From NCBI GenBank assembly GCA_963674865.2, contig CAXXYE010000003.1:32001-96000 (forward strand): 64,000 nt of DNA. Direction: 5' to 3'. Position numbers and translations under genes: made by a program. The stretch comes from Candidatus Hydrogenedentota bacterium (GTDB lineage Bacteria > Hydrogenedentota > Hydrogenedentia > Hydrogenedentales > SLHB01). The notes under the pieces were generated by a model. That model made no database searches. It was not told where the DNA came from and saw only the letters and a list, made by a program, of their open reading frames with translations. Each line of letters begins with the position of its first letter. The first letter of the stretch is position 1. Shown one piece after another: positions 8,692 through 19,022 of the stretch.

Positions 8692-9561
8692 CTACTGGTA
8701 GGTCTTGATGATGGCCGCGTTGTCGAGGCCGCCCCAGCCCTTCTCGATGGCTTCCTTAAGCAGGGCCGCGTGCAGCTCGGAGACGGGCACGCGTGCGCCC
8801 GCGCCGGCGGCGAGTTCGATGATCAGGCGCACGTCCTTCGCATGCTGGGCGAGCCGGGCCTGCGGCTTAAACTCCCGCGCGAGCATCCTGTCCCCTTTGG
8901 TGTCCATCACGCGCGAATAGGCGCCGCCCGACTTGAGGATGTCGAGCATCTGCCGCGAGTCCATACCTGTCTTTTCGGCGAGGGCAAGCCCTTCGGCCAG
9001 GACGAGCCGGTTCAGGCCGAGCACGAGATTGGCGACAAGCTTGGCCTGATGGCCTTGGCCGGCGCGGCCGAGAAAGAACACCTTGCTCGCGAAGGCCTGG
9101 ACGATGTCTATGTAGTCGGCCGCGGCGGATTCGGCGTCGCCGACGAGCGCCACGGCGTCGCCGTCCGCAATGACGTGGCTGGAGCCGATCAGCGGCACAT
9201 CGATGAAGCGCACTTGGTGCTCCCGGAGCTTGGCGTGGTGGCTCTCCGTAGCCTGTGGCTCCGCCGTCGTCGTATCGAGAATGGTCGTGCCTTCGGAGCA
9301 CAGCGGCGCGATGCCGTCGCCCCCCCAGAGCACCGTGTCCACGGCGGGCGAGTCGGTGAGGCTCAACAGGACGACACGGCATCCATCCGCCGCGCCGGAG
9401 GCATCGGCAGCGACCTCCACGCCAAGCTGCCTTGCCAGAGTTCGGGCGGCTTCATCGACATCGAATCCCTTGACGACGTAGCCTGCGTCGAGCAAGCGCC
9501 TCGCGAGCGCCTTGCCGACGAGTCCCAGTCCGATAAGTCCAATGGATTCACGGCGTGCCAT
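8692..9561 (-). CDS. NAD(P)-dependent oxidoreductase, 3-hydroxyisobutyrate/6-phosphogluconate dehydrogenase family
   Basis: IGLIGLGLVG Rossmann motif, FIDVPLIGS, GQGHQAKLVANL, HAKDVRL. Confidence 0.88.
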   Translation of the reverse strand: MARRESIGLIGLGLVGKALARRLLDAGYVVKGFDVDEAARTLARQLGVEVAADASGAADGCRVVLLSLTDSPAVDTVLWGGDGIAPLCSEGTTILDTTTAEPQATESHHAKLREHQVRFIDVPLIGSSHVIADGDAVALVGDAESAAADYIDIVQAFASKVFFLGRAGQGHQAKLVANLVLGLNRLVLAEGLALAEKTGMDSRQMLDILKSGGAYSRVMDTKGDRMLAREFKPQARLAQHAKDVRLIIELAAGAGARVPVSELHAALLKEAIEKGWGGLDNAAIIKTYQ

Positions 9562-9573
9562 GGTGCGGTTCCC

Positions 9574-10410
9574 TCATGCTTGTCCTGTGGTGGCGGCATG
9601 TGCGTGCAAGGCCGTGATGAGGTCCTCCACGTCAAACACGAAGCCGTAAGACAGGGCGACGCGCCACAGGGCCAGCTCCTTGCACACTTCGTCCCGGGCC
9701 GACCCTTTGCTTTCGACGGCCGTCGTGGCCTGGCGCAAGGCGGAGCAGAGCAGGCCGTACCTCTGCATCTCGGCCATCCCGCCGGGGGACAACAGGAGGC
9801 ACCAATTAATGGCGAAACCGGCGTAGACGAGGTGGTTGACGCCCGACTCCTTGCACAAGGCGAACAACTGGCGGCCGTTCTCCGCGATGCCTTCCTCGCC
9901 CTGGGGCCGTGCCTGGGGAAGGAAGTCGATCTTCTTGCAGCCGCGCTCGATGTCGGGCGCATTGTCCGCGCCGGGGTGGACGTTGTCGTGGCGAAACCGG
10001 CGAAGGGCCTCGTGCGCGGGATCGGCTACGACCTTCTCTAAGGGGGGAGGCTCGGGGCCGGCCAGGTCGCGCGCGCGCTGGTAGCCGGAATAGGACTTGA
10101 AGTACTCCCCGCCGCCGACGACGTGGAAGAGAGGCAGCCCGGAGGCACGCACGGCTTCGAGGAGGCCGGGAAAGATGGTGCGGGCAATTTCATTCGCGCG
10201 GGGGATGTAGGGAACCGTTCGATACCAGCCGGGGTGCTCCTCGAAGGAGCCGGTGTCCCAGGCGTGCATGACAACGACGGCGGTGTGCCCGGGGGCGAAA
10301 TCGAGGGCTTTCTTCTTCCAGCCGCCAAATGCCTCCTCGGGCACATCGAGGTCAAAATCGGCATCGAAGTGCTGGTAGTACCACGCGGGAATGGGCCACG
10401 GCTCGGACAT
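9574..10410 (-). CDS. Isochorismatase/cysteine-hydrolase-like protein
   Basis: TAVVVMHAWD...LVYAGFAINWCLL...ALRQATTAVE pattern resembles the isochorismatase fold; start taken at MSEPW. Confidence 0.55.
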   Translation of the reverse strand: MSEPWPIPAWYYQHFDADFDLDVPEEAFGGWKKKALDFAPGHTAVVVMHAWDTGSFEEHPGWYRTVPYIPRANEIARTIFPGLLEAVRASGLPLFHVVGGGEYFKSYSGYQRARDLAGPEPPPLEKVVADPAHEALRRFRHDNVHPGADNAPDIERGCKKIDFLPQARPQGEEGIAENGRQLFALCKESGVNHLVYAGFAINWCLLLSPGGMAEMQRYGLLCSALRQATTAVESKGSARDEVCKELALWRVALSYGFVFDVEDLITALHAHAATTGQA

Positions 10411-10556
10411 TGCATCTTCTCCCGGGAGGTCCTGCAATTCGCCGAGAGTCTAACGAAAAACGATGAGAAAGTGAAGCCGCTTTGAACTGCCCGCCCACCC
10501 CTGCTAGATTGGCGTGGATTCCGCGATGAACCTGCCAAGCCTATGAGGATGCAGAT

Positions 10557-11645
10557 ATGGATTCACCATTTTCCGTCCAGGCAGCGCCGGATTGGGAGGC
10601 CCTTAAGGCCTGCTTGCTCCGCGAAGGGACGCCGAAGCGCGTACACCACATCGAGTTATTTCTCGACGCCGAGATACAGGACGCGATCTGTGAGCGCTAC
10701 GGTGTGCTCGATGGGTTGAATCCGGGCGATCCTTACTTCGCCGAGCGGAAGCAGATTGCCCTACAGTCTTTCCTCGGATACGACTTCATCCGGTGCGGCG
10801 TCGAGCGCCTGGAAATGCCGCTCCACTACTGCACGGCGGACGACACGGCTTCGCTGAAGCGGGACGGCGGCCGCGGCTTCATGAATGAGCACCGGGGGCC
10901 CATCACGAACTGGGAGGAGTTTGAGGCATATCCATGGCCCGATCCTTCCTCTGCGTCCGCAAGGGCGCTCGAGTTCTACGAAGAGAATCTTCCGGAAGGC
11001 ATGTGCATCATCGGGGGCGGGGGCTTTGCCCATTACGCGGAATATCTAACTTGGCTTATGGGCTACGAGACGCTTTGCTACGCCCTGTACGAGCAGCGGG
11101 ATCTCGTCCAGGCTATCGCGGATCGGCTCAATGAGATTTTCCGCGTAGTGCTTGAACAGATGTTATCCTTTGAATGCGTCAAATTCGTCTGGGGCAGCGA
11201 CGACATGGGCTTTCGCGGCGGCACGCTGATCAGTCCGGACGACCTGCGCGAGTTTGTGCTTCCCGGACACAAGCTCATGGCCGCTATGTCGCACGACACG
11301 GGACGGCCCTACCTACTCCACGCCTGCGGCAACCTGGCGGCCGTGATGGACGACTTGATCGACGACGTGGGAATCGACGCCAAACACTCCTTCGAGGATA
11401 CGATTGAGGACGTGCGCAACGCCAAGCGCGCCTACGGGCAGCGCATTGCCTTGCTGGGGGGCATCGACGTGGACTTCCTGTGCCGCGCGAGCGAGGCCGA
11501 GGTGCGGCAGCGCGTGCGCGACACGCTCGACGTGTGCATGCCGGGCGGCGGCTACTGCCTCGGCACCGGCAACAGCGTCGCCAACTATATCCCGGTGGAC
11601 AATTACCTGGCCATGCTCGACGAGGGCCGGAAGCACGCGTCGTAA
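10557..11645 (+). CDS. Uroporphyrinogen decarboxylase (URO-D)/MtbA-MtaA-like family protein
   Basis: GSDDMG, LLHACGN, IALLGGIDVD, GGYCLGTGNSV motifs. Confidence 0.85.
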   Translation: MDSPFSVQAAPDWEALKACLLREGTPKRVHHIELFLDAEIQDAICERYGVLDGLNPGDPYFAERKQIALQSFLGYDFIRCGVERLEMPLHYCTADDTASLKRDGGRGFMNEHRGPITNWEEFEAYPWPDPSSASARALEFYEENLPEGMCIIGGGGFAHYAEYLTWLMGYETLCYALYEQRDLVQAIADRLNEIFRVVLEQMLSFECVKFVWGSDDMGFRGGTLISPDDLREFVLPGHKLMAAMSHDTGRPYLLHACGNLAAVMDDLIDDVGIDAKHSFEDTIEDVRNAKRAYGQRIALLGGIDVDFLCRASEAEVRQRVRDTLDVCMPGGGYCLGTGNSVANYIPVDNYLAMLDEGRKHAS

Positions 11646-11666
11646 CCAGCGCTCTTGCCGGGCTGC

Positions 11667-13103
11667 TTATACGAAGGCCTGGCGTCCCTCGCCGCGCGGC
11701 CCTACCAAATCCGTCTGCCCCTTACCTCGGACGGCCTGCCGCGCGCCGTCCAGGGAAGGCTTGACGTATTCCATGAACCACGCCTCCAGCCGCGCCCGCA
11801 TTGCCGTCGCGATCTCGGCGTATCGCGCATCGTCCACGAGATTCTCCTCTTCCCGTGGATCCTCCGCGAGGCAGTAGAGTTCATGCGGGCCGTAGGGATA
11901 GCGGTGGATGTATTTCCATTCGCGATCGCGGATCATGCGCACGGGCCCGTACTCGTCGCACACGACCACCGCCTCATGCCCGCCCTGTCCGGCGCCGCGC
12001 AGGACGTGGGCGAAGCTCCGGCCCGGAAGGGGCTCCGTGGCGGGAGCCTCCAGGCCTAGGTAGTCGAGCAGCGTCGGCATGAAATCGTACTGGCTGAGGA
12101 GGTCGGAGTTAACCACACCGGCCGGCACGCGCCCGGGACAACGGGCGATGAAGGGGACTTTCACCGACTCCTCGAACATGTTCATCGGGAAAGTGCCGTT
12201 GCCCTTGCCGCGGATGCCGTGGTGGCCCATATTGAAGCCGTTATCGCTCAGAGAGAAGACAAGCGTGTTATCGGCGATGCCGAGGGCGTCCAGCTTGTCG
12301 AGGATACGGCCGATGGCCGCGTCCATCGCCGTGATCGTCGTGAAATAGCCTTGGATTGTCTCGTGCCGCTCCTCTGGCGTCGGATCCCATCCGCCCCATG
12401 GATGGGGCGGTACGGCGGGCACGGAGGAGAACTCGACATCGGCGTAGGAGCGCCAGATCTCGGGCGGCTGCTCCTCCTCGCGCCAGGGGGCGTGGGGCGC
12501 CGTGTAATGCACGTTCAGGCAGAAGGGCTGCTCGCCGCGGCCGTAGCGATCCAGGAAGGCGATGCCGCGATCCGTGAAGACGTCGGTGACGTACTCCGTC
12601 TGATGCGTCATCTCGGCGCTGCCGTCGAACATAAAGTAGTTGGTATAGCTGTCGCCTCCCAGGGAGTGCGTGTGCCAGTAGGAGTAACTCTTCTGGGGCG
12701 TGCCGCTGGCGCCGAGATGCCACTTGCCGGAGAAGCCGCAGCGGTAGCCGTTTGCGGCCAGCACATCGGTGAAGGCGGTGAGCCCTTCGAGATACTCGAT
12801 GGCGCGATCCTTGCCCACGCGCGTCACGCCTTCCGGATCCTCGATGTTGCCGTATTTGAGCCAATCGTGTACGCCGTGCTGAGAGGGAATTCGGCCCGTC
12901 AAGAAGGAGGCTCGCGCCGGGGAACACACGGGCGATGCGCAGAAAAAGTTGTCGAAGCGCGTCCCCTGCGCCGCGAGGCTGTCGAGCGTGGGCGTCCTCA
13001 ATTCCGGCGTGCCCGCGCATCCCATGGCCCACGGCCCCTGATCGTCCGACATGATGATCAGGACGTTGGGCCGGTTATCTTTCGCTCTTTCATTCATCGA
13101 CAT
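11667..13103 (-). CDS. Sulfatase (Cys-type formylglycine enzyme), ~478 aa
   Basis: RPNVLIIMSDDQG, CSPARASFLTG, GKWHLG, SDNG motifs; real start at MSMNE, the longer ORF extension overlaps the next gene. Confidence 0.93.
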   Translation of the reverse strand: MSMNERAKDNRPNVLIIMSDDQGPWAMGCAGTPELRTPTLDSLAAQGTRFDNFFCASPVCSPARASFLTGRIPSQHGVHDWLKYGNIEDPEGVTRVGKDRAIEYLEGLTAFTDVLAANGYRCGFSGKWHLGASGTPQKSYSYWHTHSLGGDSYTNYFMFDGSAEMTHQTEYVTDVFTDRGIAFLDRYGRGEQPFCLNVHYTAPHAPWREEEQPPEIWRSYADVEFSSVPAVPPHPWGGWDPTPEERHETIQGYFTTITAMDAAIGRILDKLDALGIADNTLVFSLSDNGFNMGHHGIRGKGNGTFPMNMFEESVKVPFIARCPGRVPAGVVNSDLLSQYDFMPTLLDYLGLEAPATEPLPGRSFAHVLRGAGQGGHEAVVVCDEYGPVRMIRDREWKYIHRYPYGPHELYCLAEDPREEENLVDDARYAEIATAMRARLEAWFMEYVKPSLDGARQAVRGKGQTDLVGPRGEGRQAFV

Positions 13104-15244
13104 GCTCCCTTCTCCGGCACGTGGCGGTAGCGGCTCAGGATTTCCTCTTGTAGATTCGGCTTGAGCTTGACGAAATGCGCGCTGAAACCCGTGACGCGTA
13201 TGACGAGGTCGCGGTGGCGTTCCGGGTGGTCGATGGCGTCCCGAAGCATCTCGGGCGTGGTTGAGTTGATGATGACTTGCGTGCCGCCAAGACGGAAAAA
13301 GCCGCCGATCAGGCTCAAGAGCGATTCCGCCCCGTCGGCGTTGTCGAACAAGGCCGGCGACACGTCGAGGTGCAGCGGCGAGGACGCGCCCCGGCCCGGC
13401 TGTACCGCCGCCACCGAGCGCGCCATGGCCGTGTAGCCTTGCCGGGCGCAGCCTTCCACGGGATTGGCGCCATGGGCGAGAGGTTCCCCCGCCAAGCGGC
13501 CGTCGGGCGTGGCCTTTGAGGCGCGTGTCGTGGCGTGGCAGACGTAGCTGTAGAAGCCTGGGAGGATGTGGAAGCGGCCATCCGGAGGCTGGGCGGTTTG
13601 CGCGGCTTTCACGCAGAGGTCCCGCACGCGGCGGGCGATACCATCCGAATGCGCGCCATCGTTCCCGAACTTCGGTGCCTGTTGCAGGGCCGCGCGCAGC
13701 GATGCGTGTTCGGCGAAATTGCCGTCGAGGGCTTGGTGGATCTCGTCCCACGCGTGCGGGCCGCGGCCTTCGACAACGGCGTCCAAGGCCGTGAGTGAAT
13801 CGACCACGTTGGCGAGTCCCATCAGATCGGCGACGAAGTAGTTGTATTCGAGCGCCCCGTCAAACACGTCGCGAGCTTTCTCGATGGGGCCGTGGCCGAA
13901 CAGCGATCCGACGAGTTCGGGGAAAGCCCGCCCGGCCTCATCGAGGTGGGCGTTGTAGCAGGCGCCGGCGTACTCGAAGGTATGGCCCACTGTTTCCTCG
14001 AAGAACTCCCAGAGCCGTTCAAGGCTCGGCTGGCCGCCCTGCATCATGCGATCCCACGCCGCCGACAGCGCGGCCGCCAGGTTGAGCTTGGTTCCGTCCG
14101 CCAAGCCGTAATGCCTGCCCGGCACCGTCCACCAGTGGCAGCCTCCGTAGGCATAGGTGCGCGCCACGGACTCGGCCATGCCGTTGGCCACGAGGCCCGG
14201 CGCTATCGCCGCGTCGTTCACGAGCGTCGGCGTGCCTTCACCCGTCTCTAACAGGCAGCGTGCGGCGAGTTGCAGAAGGTCCGGGGGCGTCCCTGCGTGG
14301 ACTCGGAGGCCGATATTTGCAGGGCCGCGAATCTCACGCCATGCCTCGAGGACGAGGTACGAGACACGATTGGACGCATCGTTCCCCTCGGCGTCCGTTC
14401 CCCCGATGCACATGAAGTGCGTGTCGTGAACGAGCAACGCCTTGAGCAGGAAGCGGGCCTGTCTATCATCCAGCCGGCCCGCGGCGGCGTCCGCCTCGTA
14501 GAAGGGATGGAGCAGGAGGTCGATCCGGCCGATGACGTTGGAGCGGTTGTAGGCCCGGTTCAGCGTCATGAAGAGCGAGAGCCAGATCATGGCCTGCCCA
14601 AAAGTCTGAGGCGGGGCCTCCACAACGGCGTCGATGTCGTTGGCCAGTTGAAGCAAGGCTCGCGCTTCTCGGCCCATTGCCGACTCGGCCAGTTCCCGGG
14701 CGTGGACAGCATGCTTTCGGATGAATGCTTGGGCGGCCTCGATGATGGTATCCAGTGCCTGCAGGTAGCGAAGATCGTCGCCGGCCCGGCTGGCCTGGGC
14801 CTGGTGGATGCGGCGCCGGATGCCGCCCCAGCCTTGGGCGAGGCCGATTTCGAGGTCGGGCGCCCAGTGGCCGGGCATGCCGATGTTCACGTGGCACCCG
14901 CGCGCGCCCCACAAGGCATCGCGGTCGATGCCGATCCGCTCATCGTCAAAGGTGGCTTGCTCCAGGAGGTCCCACAGGACGTATCCGAAGGCGCCGGGGA
15001 GGGGATCGTAGGCTTCGACGAACGGCGGCGTGGCTTCCAGCACGGCCGCATACTGCCGCGCCAGGTGAATTGGACAACGCCGCCCGGAATCGAGGCCATC
15101 CTCGATCCGCGGGCGCGGCAATCCGTCCAGAGGACGCCTTCCTGTGTGATCGGTGTTCTCGTTTTCCAGCGCCCCGGCCCAGGCGGCGCGGCGTTCCAGC
15201 AGCTTCTCGCGGCTCTCGGCTAGGTCATAGGGGAAGGCGTTCAT
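13094..15244 (-). CDS. Glycyl radical enzyme (PFL-like family), substrate unknown
   Basis: C-terminal HPERHRDLVIRVTGFSAHF glycyl loop, ATPDGRLAGEPLAHG, PKFGND, GRIDLLLHPFYEAD; Cys loop GGCHWW. Confidence 0.88.
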   Translation of the reverse strand: MNAFPYDLAESREKLLERRAAWAGALENENTDHTGRRPLDGLPRPRIEDGLDSGRRCPIHLARQYAAVLEATPPFVEAYDPLPGAFGYVLWDLLEQATFDDERIGIDRDALWGARGCHVNIGMPGHWAPDLEIGLAQGWGGIRRRIHQAQASRAGDDLRYLQALDTIIEAAQAFIRKHAVHARELAESAMGREARALLQLANDIDAVVEAPPQTFGQAMIWLSLFMTLNRAYNRSNVIGRIDLLLHPFYEADAAAGRLDDRQARFLLKALLVHDTHFMCIGGTDAEGNDASNRVSYLVLEAWREIRGPANIGLRVHAGTPPDLLQLAARCLLETGEGTPTLVNDAAIAPGLVANGMAESVARTYAYGGCHWWTVPGRHYGLADGTKLNLAAALSAAWDRMMQGGQPSLERLWEFFEETVGHTFEYAGACYNAHLDEAGRAFPELVGSLFGHGPIEKARDVFDGALEYNYFVADLMGLANVVDSLTALDAVVEGRGPHAWDEIHQALDGNFAEHASLRAALQQAPKFGNDGAHSDGIARRVRDLCVKAAQTAQPPDGRFHILPGFYSYVCHATTRASKATPDGRLAGEPLAHGANPVEGCARQGYTAMARSVAAVQPGRGASSPLHLDVSPALFDNADGAESLLSLIGGFFRLGGTQVIINSTTPEMLRDAIDHPERHRDLVIRVTGFSAHFVKLKPNLQEEILSRYRHVPEKGACR

Positions 15245-15288
15245 GGTTCTTCGCTCACACCGCGGACACGCAGGAGCGCATCCCTCCC

Positions 15289-16308
15289 TTAGCGCCACCA
15301 GTTGGCCCGGAGGTAGTCGATGTAGAACTCGGCGTTCTCCACGGGGACATTGCTCGGGATGTGATTGCCCACCGCGAAGATGAAGCCGGGGCAAGGCAGG
15401 GCCAGTTCGAGTGTGGCGTCAATCTCGGCCTGGATGTCTTCCTTCGTCCCGAAGGTCATGGTGCGGCAATCCACCTTGCTGCCGGCAATCACGTGCGTTT
15501 GGCCGTACTTCTCGACGACGGGATCGAGGGCCGTCATCGGCTCGAAGATGAATCCGTGCGCGCCGGCGGCGGCGATGTCGTCTATAAACTGGGAGTAGGT
15601 GCCGTCGCTGCAATACAGGATCCGGATGCCGGCCGCGTGGAGCACGGCCCATAGCTCGGCATAGCGCGGGAAGATGACGCGCCGGTAAAAGTCCGGGTGC
15701 ATGAACGGCCCCTGCGTCCACACCATGTCGTCATGGCAGATGAACACCTTGATGGAAGTCTTGGCCCATGCCTTGATGTGGTGAAGGGTGAGGCGGAAGA
15801 AGGAATCGAGAACGTGTTCGAAGCGCTCCTGATCGGCCGCGGCGGCGAGGAGCATGTCCCAGCCGAACGTCTGGATCGCGCCCGAAACGATGGTTTTGTA
15901 ATAGCCGCCGGGGAAGATCCAATTGGGATGCGCCGCCTGTGTCTCCCGGTAGGACTTGTCGTAGTAGGCGATGAGTTCGTCCGTATCGGGAAGGCCGTAT
16001 TCCTGTACCGCGTCAAACTCGAGCACCTGCTCCGGATCGGTGAAGGGACTGGGCGTTGGTTGGCGCCGATCTACGCCGCCCTCGAGGAACTCGGCGTGGC
16101 CCATGTCGGTGACGCGTCCGCGCTCTTCCCAGGGGACGGGGCCGTCGTTGCAGTTCCACGTGAGATCGAATTCCCAGGCTTCCGGAAAGGAGCGCCCCGT
16201 TTCTCTCTCGATCTTGCGTTTAAGGGAGTCGTTGGAGCAGTACTCCGTATGAGCCAGCCGCTCCGTCGGCTTCAGATTAATCGTGTCCATTCCGATCTGG
16301 TAGCTCAT
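15289..16308 (-). CDS. URO-D/methylcobamide methyltransferase-like family protein
   Basis: FICHDDMVW, ILYCSDG, GFIFEP, GFIFAVGNHIPSNVP motifs. Confidence 0.8.
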   Translation of the reverse strand: MSYQIGMDTINLKPTERLAHTEYCSNDSLKRKIERETGRSFPEAWEFDLTWNCNDGPVPWEERGRVTDMGHAEFLEGGVDRRQPTPSPFTDPEQVLEFDAVQEYGLPDTDELIAYYDKSYRETQAAHPNWIFPGGYYKTIVSGAIQTFGWDMLLAAAADQERFEHVLDSFFRLTLHHIKAWAKTSIKVFICHDDMVWTQGPFMHPDFYRRVIFPRYAELWAVLHAAGIRILYCSDGTYSQFIDDIAAAGAHGFIFEPMTALDPVVEKYGQTHVIAGSKVDCRTMTFGTKEDIQAEIDATLELALPCPGFIFAVGNHIPSNVPVENAEFYIDYLRANWWR

Positions 16309-16574
16309 GATGCTCCTCCGTCGCTACGCGCCTCAGGCAAGTGAACATAACCTTACGAATCCGTGAAGGGAAAATCCATCATTTCGTCATGCGTTCCAGC
16401 GGCGGACTGTAATCCGCCGATACCGCTACGTGTCCCCCTTTCCGAGGATAACGGGATTTGCAGGATGTTTTGAGTGCCCATTCGCGCGTACTCAGTGGCA
16501 ACATGCGCGGTTCCTCATCCCTTCTCTCTCTCTACGCTATCCTCTCTCGTATCCGCTCAATCCTGTTATCCCGT

Positions 16575-16645
16575 CCAAGAAGAAGCAAAAAGCGGGCACT
16601 GGCGCAAGCGAAGTCCGCCTCAGGCGGACGAAGACGTGTCTTTTC
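16575..16645. repeat. REP-like hairpin family (GTCCGCC-x-GGCGGACG-AGACGTGTC), copy 1
   Basis: Close relative of 46682-46760; related to 26291-26358 and 46808-46909. Confidence 0.7.
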
Positions 16646-16760
16646 GCTGGTGGCACGTACCGGTTTGGGAATTACGCGGGCGGGCGGGATTGTTCTATCA
16701 GTCAATGGCCATATTCTTGGCTCGACGCTCTCTTGGAATGGTAAGATGCACGCCAACTGG

Positions 16761-17837
16761 ATGGATAATTCCTTGATCAGCACGGACGAGATACAAAGCT
16801 GGCTCAGCGAGGAGGAGCCAGCGCGGCTGGAGACGCTCTGGCGGCGGGCGAACGCCGTGCGCCGGGAGTGCGTGGGCGAGGAGGTCCACCTGCGCGGATT
16901 GATCGAGTTCTCGAACTACTGCGCGCGCCAATGCGCCTACTGCGGACTCCGCGCTCCCAACAAGGCCGTGGAACGCTATCGCATGACGCAGGATGAGGTG
17001 ATGGACTGCGCCCGCCAGGCCGTCCGCTACGGCTACGGAACCGTGGTGCTGCAATCAGGCGAAGACTACGGCATCACCGGGGAATGGATGGCGGAGGTGA
17101 TCCGGCGCGTCAAGGCGGAGACGCCGCTGGCCATCACGCTCAGTCTGGGCGAGCGAAGCGACGCCGATCTCCGCCTCTGGCGGGAGGCCGGGGCGGACAG
17201 GTACCTCCTGCGGTTCGAGACGTCCAACAGGCGCTTGTTCGACATCATCCATCCGCCGCGCGCGGGCGAGCACTCCGATCGGGTGGCCATCCTACGCACC
17301 TTGGCGGAACTCGGCTACGAGGCCGGCAGCGGCGTCATGCTCGGCATTCCCGGACAGACGTATGACGATTTGGCGAGGGATATCGCGCTGTTTGCCGAAC
17401 TGGACTTGGACATGATAGGCGTGGGGCCGTTCATCGCCCATCCGGGCACGCCGCTCGGCGAGGCCGGGGCGGAGGGGCAGGCCCCTGAAGGCGAGCAAGT
17501 CCCCAACACCGAGCTGATGACATACAAAGTCGTGGCCCTCACGCGGCTGGCATGTCCCTACACGAACATCCCGAGCACCACGGCGCTGGCCACCCTCAAC
17601 CTCGCGACGGGCCGCGAGAAGGGCCTCGAACGCGGCGCGAACGTGGTGATGCCGAATCTCACGCCCCCCAAGTACCGCCTGCTCTATGAGATCTATCCCT
17701 CCAAAGCGTGCATTCACGAGACGGCGGGCGAGTGCCATCGCTGTATGACACGCCGTATCGAATCCATCGGCCGCACCGTCGGCAAAGGCCGCGGGGACTC
17801 GCCCAACAAGCTGCGCAGAATGACGGCGGTGAAGTAG
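16761..17837 (+). CDS. hydE: [FeFe]-hydrogenase maturase HydE (radical SAM)
   Basis: LRGLIEFSNYCARQCAYCGLR (CxxxCxxC), YLLRFETSN, GANVVMPNLTP..YRLLYEIYPSK; hydF and hydG nearby; start at 16746 or 16761. Confidence 0.92.
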   Translation: MDNSLISTDEIQSWLSEEEPARLETLWRRANAVRRECVGEEVHLRGLIEFSNYCARQCAYCGLRAPNKAVERYRMTQDEVMDCARQAVRYGYGTVVLQSGEDYGITGEWMAEVIRRVKAETPLAITLSLGERSDADLRLWREAGADRYLLRFETSNRRLFDIIHPPRAGEHSDRVAILRTLAELGYEAGSGVMLGIPGQTYDDLARDIALFAELDLDMIGVGPFIAHPGTPLGEAGAEGQAPEGEQVPNTELMTYKVVALTRLACPYTNIPSTTALATLNLATGREKGLERGANVVMPNLTPPKYRLLYEIYPSKACIHETAGECHRCMTRRIESIGRTVGKGRGDSPNKLRRMTAVK

Positions 17838-17980
17838 CCTCGCCTCTCGGCAACCGTGCCGTCCCCCATCTATTTCCAGAGTCGCGAACGCTATCCAACT
17901 CCACTTCTGGCCCTCAACTCACCAATGAGCCAAACAGCGAGTGCGAGAATCTCTGCGAAACTTCTGCAATACCATCCCCC

Positions 17981-18152
17981 TTGCCTCCGTGCCATGTCTG
18001 CCTTATACTGTGCTATCATCAGGACGCGGAAACTGGCGGCAATAGCCTAACGTCCTGTAAAGAAAGGCTTTATGGGAGTTCCGTCGGGGGTCTTATACCG
18101 CGATGGCCCGGCCCAGAGGTCTAATAAGGAAGCCATATGAACGTTGTTCGAG
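17981..18152 (+). promoter_or_regulatory. Promoter plus attI-like region (integron-like platform A)
   Basis: TTGCCT-17-TATACT is nearly identical to 47165-47193; motif 18046-18114 resembles 47392-47462 and 48843-48905; candidate core site GTTCGAG at 18146. Confidence 0.55.
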
Positions 18153-18174
18153 CAAGAGGACTAATGGAATCTTC

Positions 18175-18953
18175 ATGAACGAGCCTTCCCGCGTTTCTGG
18201 GAGATATTCTTCGAGGTCTTCGAAGCCCTGCCCAGGCAGGGCCCCGGCAATCGTGACTGCGCCGTAAGAGCGCTCCGTTTTTGCGAAGGGCTCCCGCATG
18301 CACCGGCAGTCCTCGACCTGGGCTGCGGAGTTGGTGGACAAACCTTGCAGCTCGCCGAACTCACATCGGGCTTCATCACAGCAATCGACAGCCATGCTCC
18401 GAGCATTGAACGTCTCAAGAAGACTCTCGCCGCGCGAGGTCTCTTGCAGCGCGTTCAGGCGCAGGTTGGCGACATGGCGCATCTAGAGCTGTTGCCGGAA
18501 AGCTTCGACCTTATCTGGTCCGAAGGCGCGCTGTACAACATCGGGATTGGTAACGCCCTGCGCACCTGTCACGGCCTGCTGCGGCCCGGTGGCTACCTCG
18601 CTTTCACCGACGCGGTCTGGCGCAAGGACGACCCACCACCCGAGGTCAAAGCGATCTTTGAGTACCCGTCCATGGGGTGGGCCGATGATATCGTGGCGGC
18701 GACACAAGACTGCGGATTCGAGCTGGTTGGGCACTTCACACTTCCTGACGAAGCGTGGTGGGTCGATTTCTACACTCCTATGGAGACTCGCATCACGGAG
18801 TTGCGTGGCAAGTATGCCGACGATGTTGAAGCCTCAACCATACTCGATCAACTCAGCCAAGAGCCTGAAATGCATCGCAGATATTCGGACTTCTACGCCT
18901 ATGAGTTCCTTGTGGCACGTCGTCCCCTTGCGCAATCGGGCGGCCGGGATTAG
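18175..18953 (+). pseudogene. Class I SAM-dependent methyltransferase with apparent 1-nt frameshift near the start
   Basis: ATG 18175 (MNEPS) is out of frame with PRFWEIFFEVFEALPRQGPG...VLDLGCGVGGQT...FDLIWSEGALY; one C appears to be missing from the run at 18188-18190. Confidence 0.7.
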
Positions 18954-18960
18954 TAAAGGA

Positions 18961-19012
18961 CTTGAACAGGGCGCTCCAGCGGGGCGAAGCCGCTGGACCT
19001 CGATCGTTGAGA
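18961..19012 (+). other. attC-like site 1
   Basis: CTTGAAC-N5-GCTCCAGCGG...CCGCTGGAC-N7-GTTGAGA just after the MTase stop; slightly shorter than typical attC sites. Confidence 0.6.
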
Positions 19013-19022
19013 GGGTGGTAGA

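Noticed and set aside
13104..13751. 694-aa version of the sulfatase
   Set aside because: The extension overlaps the GRE in another frame and has no recognisable motif.
16761..17837. Radical SAM gene as the GRE activase or as biotin synthase
   Set aside because: It has HydE-specific C-terminal motifs and hydF/hydG context, and lacks the GC.xRC.xCxN activase signature.
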